Origin: Gnetum montanum
Lineage: Eukaryota > Plantae > Gnetophyta
Direction: 5' to 3'
Assembly (NCBI GenBank): GCA_015680685.1
Contig: MNCI01000751.1
Coordinates: 731,314 to 795,313 of the forward strand
Length of the DNA: 64,000 nucleotides
Numbering within the stretch: position 1 is the stretch's first letter; the number at the start of each line of letters is the position of its first letter. The notes beneath the pieces are model-generated. The model was not told where the DNA came from and made no database searches. It saw only the letters and a program-made list of their open reading frames with translations. Shown here in pieces: positions 11,231-24,477 of the stretch. Position numbers and translations under genes: made by a program.

Positions 11231-12929
11231 TGTGCTGACCAAAATTTTCAGCATGAGGCTGGAAGGGAAACAAACATTGAAAGATCACCGGAGAGACACA
11301 GCTGACCTTGCCTTTGTGTGAGGACAAGCTGGAAAAGAAAATGAAGGTAGAGTGCCTTGGATGGTCTGCATGCAAATCAACCAAGGAGTTCCCCAAGTGT
11401 AAGCTATGACTCGCGCTGGGGTTATCGTAACTGGTAACGTATGAAATGTAAAAGGAGCATAACTATGACAGTGTATATCGAAGTGTAAAATAGATAAAAA
11501 AATAGCAAACAATGTAATGGAAGGAAATAATGAACTGTATTATATTTATTAAACAAGGATGCGCACCAATCAAAGTGTAGTTCCATGTCTGGATGGCAAG
11601 TGAAGTGCTAAGCCTTGAAGTGATGTGTTTATAGGTGCTTGGATGCTAGGAGTCACGTGTGCCCGAGCATCCAAAGTTGCTAGTCGATGCTCCCTAAGCC
11701 ATCAATCTTCAAAATTTCCAACCTCATTTATGTAAATGGATAGGGTATTTATAAGGTTTGGCTAGGCTTGGGTGCGAAATTCATGGATGGAATCAACAGT
11801 TGAGAGATGAGAGGAAAATCGATCATGTGACACATGTTTGATGGACAACTATATGTAATTGGACGTGTGTAGGCAGGCTATGTTCTTGACTAGATGCACT
11901 ATATCTTATAGCATGTATTCGCTTACACAAGCTAGCTTACACCCATAGAAGCAGATATAATTTGGAGCGTAAGAGCTTAACAAGCTCACAAATGGTGAAA
12001 ATTTACAATAAAAATGATAGTGTACAACAAGAGAAATTGACTCTGGCTCGCTTGGAACTTCTCGATCCATGAATTAACTACTGCAAGGTGTCGATGTGAG
12101 TGGTTTCATGGATGTTTGAGGCATTTATGTTTCACAAAAGCTTCCAGTGTGAGTTTATTTTGTCTTGGCATGTCCTCAGCATGTGTTTAGCATGCTTTTG
12201 ACTGGGCATGATCAATACTCATGTTGTACTCATGCTACCAGCATGACCTTAGCGTGACCTGATGAAAATGACACATTTCACACTAATTTTTGATCTTTGA
12301 AGCCTGTTCTTTGAGTGCAAAAATTGCCTAGCTATGATTGACCCTGAGAGTGAACTGCATGTTGAAAAATGAGCTTGAGTATGTCTTGATTTGACCCACT
12401 TTTGGTAGCTCACGTTGGACTCACGTTGTTAGTGTGACCTCAACATGAGCTCAGCGTGAGTGACAAAATATTTGTGATTTTGGACCTGAAATCTAGAATT
12501 CTAGAGGCTGGGACTTGAAGTGGTCATCAATGGACCTTGAGGATGACTTACACCTTTGAAGTTAGACCATTTTAACTCAATTTTAATGCTCTTGGAGTTT
12601 GTTTACGCTGGACGTGATTAGCACTCACACTATACTCATGCTGTTAGCCTGACCTGGGAAAATTTGTGCAATCTGGTCTGAAATCTGAACTCCCAAATGC
12701 TGAAACTTAACATGGATAATAGTGGCCCTTGAGGATGACTAGCACCCTCAGATTTAACCATCTTTGACTTTATCTTGAAGTCATTGGAGTTTCTCAGGCT
12801 GAGAGCAAGCCCAGCTTGACAAGCCCAATGTGAGTTCCATGCCTTAGTTAAATTTCTACTTCCCAAAAGCTCAAAAGGCTCTGAGTTGTTCTCATTTCAA
12901 AGTGTTATGCCAAAATTAGTGGTGTTTCA
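11231..12929 (-). repeat. E2 3' LTR
   Basis: TGTGCTGACC...GGTGTTTCA; colinear with 19730-21412. Confidence 0.92.
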
Positions 12930-14092
12930 TTGGTCCCTCTTTGTTGATGTCTGGAGGAATCCACCCGAGAGGCATCAAAAAAGAAGTACAAAACACCATG
13001 ACCAACCAAGTACCAAGCATTGTCCATCGACCCTTGGTTGGACGTTATCACACCATGTTCAAAAGTACATGGGATTGGGGAAATGTAGTTCAAGATGCAA
13101 GGGGATTGGTTGTAAGTAGGGGGAATCAAGAATTGATCAAGGGTTATAATTGTTGTTGGAATTATGAACAAGAAATACTCTTAGTCCTTGTCAGTAGCCA
13201 GTGTTTAGAAGACTCAGAACCAACACATAGGAGGTGTGTTCTTTGGAGAAACAGGATTCTTGTAGAGTGTTTATGGGGGCCTGTTGTAAACAGCCAACGC
13301 CACATGATGATGTGCAACATGATCTTTTGAGACAAGAGTGTAACTTTTTTTCTAAGACAATTACCTTCTTGCCTTGGGGCTTGTATGAGAAGAACCAATG
13401 GTCTTTGGTCTATGATGTCAACAGGGTCATGAAGACCTTTTTCGTGCATTTTTCTCTTTGATCTCTTGGTTATTTTTTTCTTTTTGTTTGTTTTTCTTTT
13501 ATTTTTCATTTTTGTTTTTTTTTTCTTTTTGGAAGAGCTTTCTTTCAATGCTATACTCATGCTCATGCGCTTGCATTTGTATCATGTACCATGTACTACA
13601 TTTTTCATTGCAACTGCTTACAGAATCACAGTGTGCAATAGTGTATCAAGAGCTTTGGGGTGAGTAGAATGTATCAAGGGGGTGTAATTGAATAGGATAA
13701 GGGGAACATGATGGGGAATAGGGAATGTATCAGGATTTAGGAATGTACTTATGAATAGATTGATTAACCTAGTTGCATGCATCAGGAAGAATGTGATATC
13801 TTGTCGTCATGATGAAGTGCATCTATGCGCGAACATCTCAGGCGTGTCACTTGTAAACACAACTCCAAGAAGATAATAAAGCCACAAATGATTCGGTTAA
13901 CTAAGTACTTTAAACTTGAAAACAACCAAGTAGATGGAGCCACCGTGTGCAATTTTAAAGCAAACAGAAGCATGAACAACATCAGCTTCATTAGGGTCCA
14001 TGAGACAAATTATGTAGCAAGCCTTTGTGGAACATGTATAGCCAATTGTAGCAACATATCTTTTCAAGTATTTCTTGGTCATCAATGATGTC

Positions 14093-14410
14093 ACCATTTT
14101 ATAGTCTTAGCAGACTATTATGGGTTAGTTTCATGTCATAACCCTTTGGACAGTGCCAATTTAGCATCGTAGTGGATGGTGCAATGCTAGTTTATAGTCG
14201 TAGCGGACTGTGAAGAGGCAAACCATTTTATAGTCTTAGTGGACTTTGGATGCTAGTTTCACATCATGGCAGAAAAATGTGGTAGTGTAGTATCATACCA
14301 GATGGAGCTCTATGGTGTTAGTTTACCGTCCTGACACCAGGATAATCTATGGTGCCAATTTCAAGTCATAGCCCCAGGACTATTCTATGGTATAAGTTTT
14401 AGGTCGTGAT
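14093..14410. repeat. Family-motif array downstream of E2 integrase-tail stop
   Basis: About 10 degenerate units of the GC(C/T)A(G/A)TTT...TC(A/G)TAG type. Confidence 0.7.
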
Positions 14411-14438
14411 GCCAGGATCGTTACGTACCTCAAGTTCA

Positions 14439-14680
14439 TCAAACATAGTACCATTTTAGGTATAGGTGATTTTTGGGCTTAGGGAACTCATTCCCATCGA
14501 TGTTAGCAAGTTTGAATGCTCTTTTATTGTATGTCTTGGTGACTAAGTAAGGCCCTTCCCAATTAGCTAAGAATTTATCTAGGTGTTCACGGATGGCCTT
14601 AAGGACTAGGTCTCCTTCCTTAATCAAGCGCTTATGGAGATTGTGTTGGTGTTGTTGCCTTTGTTGGGACATAGTAATGA
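14439..14680 (-). pseudogene. Isolated integrase C-terminal (GPY/F) tail in E2
   Basis: IKEGDLVLKAIREHLDKFLANWEGPYLVTK...NHLYLKWYYV* aligns with E3 IKKGNLVLKAIREPMNKFSANWEGHLL...NHLYVKPYYA*. Confidence 0.85.
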
Positions 14681-15137
14681 TGAGGCTGACCCTAATGGAG
14701 CGGGAGCAGATGATGTGGAGGATTTTGGGGGCCAGCCCCCTCCTAGTACTGATGTGTGAGCTAATTGTTAGTCCAGCTTTAGCTACCAAATGTGTTGGAT
14801 TTTTGATGTCCAATGAAAATGTATGAGGATAGATGTAATGATATGGATTTAATCGTAGCATCATGTGTTGGAATTCTATTACCATGTTGACGTTCAATAT
14901 TATATATATATATTCTCTCTCTCTTTTTTTTATTTTCTTATTTTCTCAGGTATATTATGAACATATGCGTGTAGCTGAATGTAAAATGAGATTCCAAAAT
15001 GTAGAATGAAATGTAAGGAAGATATCTTGTAAAAGGAGAAGTAACAAGAATGCATGAATTAAAATTGCAACTTGTGACATGTAAATGAAAATTTGACATA
15101 ACGTAATGAGAGTTTGTAAATTTGTAATATACTGAGC

Positions 15138-15380
15138 TCTAGTTTAAGGCCATTTTAGGCCGTGCACATCAGTTTAGAGTCATGGTGGAATGTTGTATCT
15201 GTGTTGAAAAATGAAAGAGGAATTACTAGTTTTAGGCCTTAGTGGGCCAAAAGAAATAATAGTTTTAGGAGACTTAAAAGGAACCAACCATTTTTTACCA
15301 TGGCTAGTTTAACATCATTGCAAACATTCGCTAGTAGTTTAATGTCGTACTAGATGGTTGGTAGTTTAACGTCATTCTGG
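15138..15380. repeat. Family-motif array in E2 post-protease spacer
   Basis: CTAGTTTAAGGCC / CTAGTTTAACATC / GTAGTTTAACGTC units. Confidence 0.7.
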
Positions 15381-15397
15381 ACACTTGGTAGTTTGTT

Positions 15398-18300
15398 CTA
15401 GTTATTGAGTTGTTTTTTTTTTATTCTTTGTAGTTTGACATGAGGGGTAGGACATGTAGGTACAATCATATACTTCCCTTCCCCTTGACTGGAGATGTCA
15501 AAAGGTAGCTCAGACCAAGAGACATCAGTGGGAATGGCTCCTATGTCTGCGTCAATAGGATCATGAGTTAACGGTTGCTTTATGTCTTGAAGTGCACTCA
15601 TGCTTTCTTGTTTAGGCTCAACAAACTCAACCTCTAACCCTTGATCCATTCCTAAGTGCGAAGGAGTGAGTGATGTTGTCGTGTCCCCATGTATGATGAT
15701 TTCACCATCCTCATAATGTAAGTGGATTTCCTGATGGATTGGTGAGGATATGGCTCTAAGCTAAGCTAACCAAGATCGTCCTAGAATCAGATTAAACCCT
15801 GGAATTTCATCAACCACTATGAATTTAGCCGATGTGGGGAACTAGTCCCCTGCTACAAAATCCAAGGTAAGCATGCCTTCTACCATGACACAAGAACCAC
15901 TGAAGGATTTTAAAAAGGAAGTTGTTGTGGGCCATATTTGCTCTGTAAGACCCAATTTTTTGATGATAGGAAAGGGTATTACATTTGTTGCCGCACCATC
16001 ATCAACATGCACCCTACATATCTTGAAGTGGTTGACTTTTATTACAATGAACATAGGGGTTGTAGTGACCTCTACAATTTTCTAATCTTGCTTAATATCA
16101 TTGGCATGAAATTCTAGGGATGTGGGCCTCGATTCTTGAGGTTGTGGGGATAGTACTACATAGATGGATAGCTCATCTATGGGAAGGTCCTCACTAATAG
16201 GAATCAAAGTCAACATATGCATGAGAGCTTCCCGATGTACCAGTGAGGCCATTAATAGATCATATAGGCTTAAGGAGGTGTTATTTTGTTTCAAGGCCTA
16301 TGTGAGTTGGGTCAATGCACTCACTAGATCCTTACCACTTGGGATGTTGTTGTCTATGGAGACTTGGTCCATTTGACCCAGCATTTGTATCTCTCGTGGA
16401 GTGATTCTTGTGTTAGTAACTGGGGATGTTGAGTTTGAAACACAGGGAGTGTCGATATTCTTATCTCGATGACTTGTGCTAGGCTCACTGGTGGATGAAA
16501 TCATAGGAACAACATTTAGCGGTATGGGCTTCAGTGGTACTAATTTGTGTTCATGATGTTCTTTTTCTAGGTGCTCTCTTGTTAGCCTATTAGTAAGGCA
16601 CTTTCACAAGGATTGTAGGGGAACTCTAGGGGGTTGCATGTCAAGGTGTTTTGGCACCCAGATAACAAAGGGACCAGGTTGGGTTTCTGATGACGTGGTT
16701 GCTGCTGCGACAGAAGGAGGTACATGAACGACGAACGATTTTGTGGTGCAAGGAATGTGCGTATGAAAAAAGGGGTTTGGGAAGGTGTTGAGCTAGATGT
16801 AGTTTTAGAAGGCCTGCAAGTTACAAAAGGTTTTCGAGAGATATCTTTTCCATTTTCCACATGGATAGTGTTAATCACATATGGTGCATCCTTAGTATTG
16901 ATAGGATCCTTGTAGACCCCCATGGGTTGATTTTTGTATTTTACTAGGTTTTCCTCTTCAAATACTATTTCACCCCTATCAATCATGCGCTGTATATCTT
17001 GTTTTAAGGTGAAGAAGTAGTTAGTTCTGTTCCCACACCATTGGTGATATTTGCAAAACCTATCTAACCTAAAGCCTCTTGGAATGGGGGGCTCATCGGC
17101 TATTGCTAAAGTTGGATTTTTAACCAACTCATAGAATCGATCGTGTTTTTGGAATGCCGCAGGGGACATTTGTTTGTATTTGATTAACCCAACCTTTAGA
17201 AGTTGATCTAATAATTGTGAAGGCTTCATAGGAAAGGATGTGTACTAGGTAGGATCTTTTCGTTCAAATGTATGAGTGTGACCCATGTTTGTGGTTTTAG
17301 TTGAGAAAGATTTAGGTGTAGGCATAGACGTGGTTCTTTCATGACTGGTTGGAGCAGTGGGTTGTTTTCCTTTCTATCTAGAATTGTTAGGTTGGACTAT
17401 CTCTTCCATTGCTGCTACCATCGTTTTGGATTTATCCTTATCCTTCCTCATATGTTGGCTCCTAAAGGCTAGGAAGCTGGGTCGTTACTTTCTTGCACCA
17501 CCTCTTCTATGTTCTTAATTTATGTGAATGTTTGACTCAAAGTAAAATCACTTAGATAATAAATTTTTGATTTAACAAAGTCATTCACGGTAGCCTTAAG
17601 AATGGTAAGAAGGTATGTCTCAGGGATGGGCTCATGAAGTTCATTCAGGGCTACACTCCGCCTTTGGATAAATTTTTGTACTAGCTCTAACAGCGCTTGT
17701 TTAATCTAAATTAGACCATCTAGTATGGCTTCAAGCTTTAAATTATATTTGAAACAGGTAACAAACTGATGTAAAAAATCCTCTAGAAAAGATATGGAGT
17801 TACGGGGTAAAGCTCAATACTAGTATAAGGCTTTTCATGTCAAGGACATAGAAAATACATGTAGAATTACATGAGGCCAGGCTTGAAACAATAGACACTC
17901 TAGTTGAAATGTTACCAGGTGGGTGTTTGGATCTCCCTCTCCATTGTATTTGGTTAGTTGAGGTAATGAGATTCCCTTTGGTAAGGTTAACGGTGAAACT
18001 GAAGGGTTGATTGGGTCATCTTGGTAGAAGTCCAACATCTTGACTTCCTTAGTTTTTGCAGTTTTAAGGCACTTTACCTCCTCCGTTAATGAGTGCACCA
18101 TTTTCTTTGTGTCTACCCACTCTTGGATAGTAGGCAAACCGGCTGGTTGAGTAGATTGCGATTGGTAGTAGTTTTATTGTTGCATTGTCTATGGAAAGGG
18201 AGATTCTTGGATTGTCGATTATTGTGGCAAAGCAACATTCAAAGATGGGATTACAGGGTGTGGTATGTTGTAGTGAGTAGGTTGGTGTTGCTAAATAGTT

Positions 18301-19110
18301 GGTGAAACCCACTGCCGAGCCATAGGTTGTGAAGTGACACCATGAACATGTTGAGCTGAAGTAATTAGAGGTGCTCCATGGGTTTGTACTTGTGGTATGT
18401 AGTGGGTGGATGTGGAAGCTGGTATAACGGATGGCATCCCAATTACTTGAGGTCAAAATATTGATCCTAAATTAGTTTGAGGAGGGGTTTGTTGGGACTG
18501 TACTTGTGGAGATATGATGGAGATGGATTTATCAGATTGAATGTTGGGCATGGAGAAGGTTCGAATGGAAGTGGGTACTCCCTATAGAGAAGCTGGTGAT
18601 CGAGTGTTTGTAAATAAAGGAGGAAGTATGGGTTCTTCTAGGAAAGGTTGGAATGATGGATTTTTATGGGCATTAGGACTAATGGTGTGGTATGAATCCC
18701 CATGCTCAGATTGGGCCACAAAGTCATCTTCCTCATCTCCACCCTGAGGCTCTATTGAAGGTGGCTGTAAGGTTTGATCCCTTTCCATGAGAAGCAGAGA
18801 TATGAGTCGATGATGGGGCTCGAAAAGGGGGATCATGTCAAATACTGAGGGAGTGAACTCATGACCTCCCTTGTAAATGAGCTCATAGTTTTGCTTTACT
18901 TCTCTTTCTATGCACTCGATAGGTAAGTTGGCTTAAATCTTCACACAAATGAAGTTATACTGTTCTGGTGTGAGGATTGCATAAGTAGGGTCCTTGCCCT
19001 ATAGCCTAAGTGACTAGTGAGTTGAACCTTGAGGGTTTATCACCTCAATGGTAGTTATGGGTTCTATCGCAATTACAAGGTTTGAGGTCCCAACCCCAAA
19101 TTTAGAGATC
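15398..19110 (-). pseudogene. gag: E2 gag-protease
   Basis: KYNGEGDPNTHLVTF...VFSMSLT (17835-17950); FCKYHQWCGN knuckle (~17030-17060); protease VHVDDGAATN (~15990-16010). The 5' end is approximate. Confidence 0.88.
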
Positions 19111-19168
19111 TACAGCATCGCTGTGTTGATCTAGGAAGATTCCATAGTAGCGTAAGTAAACTAGGCTT

Positions 19169-19376
19169 CACAAGCTAGGCATGAATAAGCTAGCTTGACA
19201 AGCTAGACATGTGTAAGGTAGCTTGATAAGCTGGGCGTGAGTATGCTAGCTTGACAAGCTAAGCATGTGTAAGCTAGCTTGATAAGCTGAGTGTGTGTAA
19301 GGAAGCTTGACAAGCTGGACATGTGTAAGGTAGCTTGAAAAGATGGGTGTGAGTAAGCTAGCTTGACAAGCTAACC
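19169..19376. repeat. 28-bp tandem repeat (~7 units) rich in AAGCT/AGCTT palindromes, E2 5' UTR
   Basis: Unit approximately CAAGCTGGGCGTGTGTAAGCTAGCTTGA. Confidence 0.9.
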
Positions 19377-19729
19377 GTGTGCCAGGAAAGATGCAGGTTG
19401 CAAGTACTGAGAGGAGCTCACTGTGATTGGTCGATGGTGGTGGTGGGAACGTTATTTGGTAGGTTTTCTATGAAGTGGCTTATTTAAGAAACATGTGTAC
19501 ATTGTTTGGGTTCTAATGATGTAGTTGTAGAGCTTTGAAGCGTTGGGTGTAATGTAAGAGTTTTACAGGATTATACACTGGATTAATTTAGCATGAGTAG
19601 ACTACGGTGGGCTTGAGCAAGTTGGGCTTGAGTTTTAGCACCTGTTCTATGCAACGTTTAACAGGTAGCATGATCAACGTTTTGATGGGATGGTAAACAA
19701 GTCAGGTCTTTTTTCTAGCACCAATTTAC

Positions 19730-21412
19730 TATGCTGACCAAAATCGCCGCGAGGTTGGAAGGAAAATAAACACCAAAAGATTGCCGGAGAGACACAATCG
19801 ACCCTGCCTTCATGTGAGGGCAAGCTAGAAAAGAAAAAAAAGGTAGAGTGCCTTGGATGATCTGCATGCAAATCAACCAAGGACTTCCCCAAGCGTAAGC
19901 TATGGCTCATGCTGGGGTTATCGTCATTGGTAACATATGAAATGTAAACAGAGCATAACTGCGTCATCATATACCAAAGTGTAAAATAGATAAAACAAGA
20001 GAAAACAATGTAATGGAAGGCAATAATGAACTGTATTATATTGCTTAAACAAGGATGTGCACCGGTCAAAGCGTAGTTGCGTGTCTGGATGGCAATTCAA
20101 GCACTAAGCCCCAAAGTGATGTGTTTACAGGTGCTTGGATGCTAGGAGTCACATGCACTCAAGCGTCCAAAGTTGTTAGTTGATTCTCCTTAAGTTGTCA
20201 ACCTTCAAAATTGCCAACCTTATTTATGTGAATGGATGGGGTATTTATAAGGTTTGGCTAGGCTTGGGCATAGAATTCATGGATGGAATCAACGACTGAC
20301 AGATGAGAGGAAAATGGATCATGTGACACGTGTTTGATGGATAGCTATATGTGAATTGGACATGCATAGGCAGGCTACTTTCTTAATCAGATGCACTATA
20401 TCTTACAACATGTATTGGCTTATGCAAGCCAGCTTACGCCCATAGAAGCAGATACAATTTGGAGCATAAGAGCTTGACAAGCTCACAAATGGTGAAAATT
20501 TACAATAAAAATGATAGTGTCCAACAAGAGAAATTGACTCCAGCTCACTTGGAACTTATTAATCCATGAATTGACTACTACAGGGTGCTGATGTGAGTGG
20601 TTTCATGGTTGTTTGAGGCATTTATATTTCACAAAAGCTTCTAGCATGAGTTTATTTTGTCTTGGCATGTCCTTAGCATGTGTTTGGCATGCTTTTGACA
20701 AGGCATGATCAGTACTCACGCTACCAACATGACCTCAGTGTGACCTGATGAAAATGACACATTTCACACTAATTTTTTATCTTTGAAGCATGTTCTTTGT
20801 GCAAACGTTTCCTGGCTATGATTGACCCTAAGAGTGAATTGCATGTTGAAAACTAAGCTTGAGTGTGTCTTGATTTGAGCCACTTTTGGTAGCTCACGTT
20901 GGACTCACGTTGTCAGCGTGAGCTCAGCATGAGTGAAAAAATATTTGTGATTTTGGACCTAAAGTCTAGAATTCTGGAGGCTGGGACTTGAAGTAGGCAT
21001 CAATGGACCTTGAGGATGATTTGCACCTTGAATTTAGACCATTTTAACTTGGTTTTAAGGCTCTTGGAGTTTTTTCACATTGGACATGATCAGCACTCAC
21101 GTTGTACTCACGCTGCTAGTCTAACCTCAGCGTAACCTAAGAAAATTTGTGCAATATGGCTCAAAATCTAAACTCCTAAATTCTAAAAATTTAAGTGGAC
21201 AAAAATGGCCCTTGAGAATGACTAGCATCCTTAGATTGAACCATCTTTGACTTGATCTTGAGGTCATTGGAGTTGCTCATGCTAAGGGCAAGCCCAGCTT
21301 GACAAGCCAAGCATGAGCTCCATGCCTTAGTCAAATTTTTACTTCCCAAAAGCTCAAAAGGCTCTGAGTTTTTCACATTTCAAAGTGTTAGGAGAAAATT
21401 AGTGGTATTTCA
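19730..21412 (-). repeat. E2 5' LTR
   Basis: TATGCTGACC (TG>TA)...GGTATTTCA; homologous to 11231-12929. Confidence 0.92.
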
Positions 21413-23965
21413 CACACATGTTCTAACCTTAAAGGCCCAGTCGTGCTTCATATAAGGCTAGTAGTAGCCCAGTCACCTAATTTTTGCTACCATAGCTCTA
21501 AAAGCTATGTGCCCTCCACATAGTCCCTCATGAACTTGATCAACAATTTTTTGTGCTTCATCCCCACTAACACAAGCTAGCAATATCCCATTATAAGATT
21601 GTCATCATAAAGTTTTGTCTCCTACAAGGACATACTAGCATGCTCATTACCATACTGCGTTCTTTTGGGTAGGTGTTAAGCCTTGTGGAGGCTTACCATA
21701 TTGGAGGTATGTCTTGATGTTGTCATACCATTCATGGGTATGGGAATTACCTATAGATGCAATGTTTGATGTGTGAATGATAGGGTTAGTGCATTCCACT
21801 ATTGAAGGGGGTAAGATAGAAAACATGTGTGGTGGCATGCTTAACGCTAACATGGCTACTGCATCAGCTATGGTGTTTTCATTACAGGGTACATATTACA
21901 TGTATAGGGTTGAAAACTTCTTTAGTAAGTATTTTTCCAAATCATAGTAGGGCTACAAATTTTGTGCCTTGCAGGTGTAGACCTCTACGACTTGGTTAAT
22001 GACTAATTATGAATCACCTTGAATTTCTATGTTTTGGATTCTAAACTCTCAAGCTACCAAAATGCCCCTAAGGAGACCCGCGTATTCTACTACATTGTTT
22101 TATACAAAGAAATGTGAAGTGATATGAAAAAGGTTGGATCTCTCTAGAGAGAAATGTGAGAATAGTAGTGGCACTGCCACCTTGTGTCATTGAGGCACCA
22201 TCAAAATGTAGAATGGCTTCAAAATCTGCAAGCGCTAGGCTTATGCTACTAACGTGTTCATCTAGAAATTTAGGTTCTATTATTTCTTGGTCATCAGTGG
22301 ATGAAGCCGTAAGTTACGTAGCTATCACTTGACCCTTTGTAGATGACTTTGCTACGTAGTGTAGGTCAAATTCTATAGTTATGGCTTTCCATTGGGCTAT
22401 CTTACTACTTTCATATATATTGGTTGTAATGGCCCTAAGTATGTTATTTTTGAAGACGATATTTACTTGGCTATGAAACAAATAATGCCTCCATTTTTAA
22501 GTGCGAATACTAAAGCAAGGTAGTTTTTTTCTACATCATTGTATTTTACTTCATAAGCTATAAACACATGACTCAGGTAGTAGATAGGAATTTTAGAACC
22601 ATCGTCCCTCTTTGTGGTAGCATTGGATGTGTCTGAAGTGGCAAGATAAATGTAAAAAGGATTATCTCTTTGTGAAGGGTAAACGGTAGGAAGATGAACA
22701 AGTTCCATTTTTAAGTTATCAAATGCTTCCTGGCATTGGTTTTTCCATTCAAAAATAACAACGTGTTTAAGCAAGTGTTTTCATTGGATGCAATTTATCT
22801 ATTAGCCTTGCGATAAACATTCATATGAATTACACCCTGCCTTGCAACTTGCACAATTCCTTAAGGTTTGGAGGTGGTGCTAAGTTAACAATGGCTTTAA
22901 CTTTATTAGGATCTACACGTATTCCTGTTTCTGACACTACAAAGCCTAACATGCATCTAGTTTTGACTTTGAAGACACATTTTTTGGGATTGAGGCAAAG
23001 GTCATGCTTATGGCAACATCAAAGGACTAGCTTCAAGTTGTTTGCATGATAAGGAGCTTTCTTAGATTTAACTGCTATATCATTCACATAATCATTTAGC
23101 CGTTCCAAAAGATAGTCACTAAAAATGTAAGTCATTGCTCATTGATATGTTACTCTAGCATTTTTTAGCCTAAAGGAAATCATTGTGTAATAGAAGGTTC
23201 CCCAAGGGGTCATGAAGGTAGTGACCAATTGATGTTCTAGGCTTATGTGGATTTGATTGTATCTCGAGAATCCATCCATGAAGTATAGTAAGGCATAGCC
23301 AGCCGTAGTATCGACAAGTTTGTTGATAATGGGCAATGGAAAATCATCCTTAATGGTTTCCTTATTCAAATCTCAGAATCATATACAGATTCGTATGCCC
23401 CTTGTTTTCTTGGGGATGACTACAATGTTTGATACCTAGTCTACATAATCAACTGCCTCAATGAACCCAGCTTGATAAAGCTTGATGATTTCATTGTGCA
23501 CAGCTAATGCAATTTCTGGTTTGATTTTGCGAGCCTTTTGTTTGACTGGTTTGATGCATGAATCTAGGATGATATTGTGTTGTATTATGCATGGGTCTAA
23601 GCCCGACATATCTTCATACGACCATGCAAACACTTTGATATTATCGTTGACTTTAAAGATATTTTGTTCAACCTGTGGCTCCAGTAGAAAACTAACCTTT
23701 AACATTGTCACCTCGCCTCTGGATGTAGTTATGGTAATTTTGATAAGTGGGTCCTCAATTACATTGCTAGCTTCTAACTCTAAGCCTTGGACCAGATGTT
23801 TGGACTAGTCTAGGGATGTTTCTAAGGATGCTAAGTTGGTGTTAGAAGGGGGTGGTTCGAAGTCTACAAGCTCTATGTTTAAGCATCTCATAAATCTTCC
23901 ATGGGGTCCTATTAGAATTAAGGGTAAATGGAGATCATCATGCATAGCCATTTCTCCAAACACTT
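21413..23965 (-). pseudogene. pol: E3 pol: RT, RNase H, additional (archaeal-type) RNase H, integrase N-terminus
   Basis: FAWSYEDMSGLDP, KDDFPLP, FMDGFSRYNQI and YVND (23079-23090, from YVDD). RH: IYLATSD...PIYYLS. aRH: LHFDGAS...NNVVEY...IQGDS (22000-22210). INT: VHEGLCGGH (~21510-21540). Confidence 0.93.
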
Positions 23966-24067
23966 CTACAAAAAATAAGCAAAACAAAAATATGTCAAGT
24001 GATACTTACTTATCATAGCAACATAAAGTGAAATGTATGCAAGGTAATTATGCAATGTTACAAAATT

Positions 24068-24205
24068 TCCAGTTTAAGGTCATAGTGGACCATCACTATA
24101 ATTATAGTGTAAAGGGAACTCTAGAATTGCTAGTTTAAGGTCATAGCAGACTGTGACCATGTAAAACTATATTTCAAAATTTCTAGTTTAAGGTTTTAGC
24201 AAACC
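24068..24205. repeat. Family-motif array (3 units) at the RT-proximal end of the E3 spacer
   Basis: CAGTTTAAGGTCATAG at ~24070, CTAGTTTAAGGTCATAGCAGAC at ~24130, CTAGTTTAAGGTTTTAGCAAAC at ~24183. Confidence 0.8.
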
Positions 24206-24277
24206 ATCATTGTGATTATAGAATGAGGGGTTGAATCAAATGTTAAAAAGAAATTTGGGCATTTATGTGCTATGCTA

Positions 24278-24437
24278 CAGGCAACATGGGGTGTCCCATG
24301 TTACGTGTAGGACATGGGGCATCTCGCGTTATGCATGGGACATAGGACATTCTGCATTATGCATGGGACATGGGGCATCCCGTGTTATGCACGGGACATG
24401 GAACATCCTGTGTTATGCATAGGGCATGAGACATCCT
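24278..24437. repeat. ~28-bp tandem repeat (5-6 units) upstream of antisense-gene TATA box
   Basis: Unit approximately ATGCGTGGGACATGGGGCATCCCGCGTT; a related single copy is in the E1 LTR at ~853-875. Confidence 0.85.
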
Positions 24438-24469
24438 GAAAAAGTAACATGTCCTATAATCCTAAAGGG

Positions 24470-24477
24470 TATAAATA
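24470..24477 (+). promoter_or_regulatory. Putative TATA box of the antisense gene
   Basis: GGGTATAAATAGGG, directly after the 28-bp repeat block and upstream of the plus-strand exons. Confidence 0.55.

Larger units (their letters stand above)
11231..21412 (-). mobile_element. E2: full-length non-autonomous Tat/Ogre-type element (gag-protease + integrase C-terminal tail)
   Basis: LTRs 11231-12929 and 19730-21412; PPT 12930-12946; degenerate Asn-type PBS ~19707-19723. TSD CATCA (11226-11230) versus CA-CA (21413-21416). Removing the element restores the host integrase ...RTCDVC... Confidence 0.9.

Noticed and set aside
13162-13667. Lys-rich / Phe-rich ORFs (apparent NLS or TM proteins)
   Set aside because: They translate a low-complexity T-rich tract in the E2 3' UTR.
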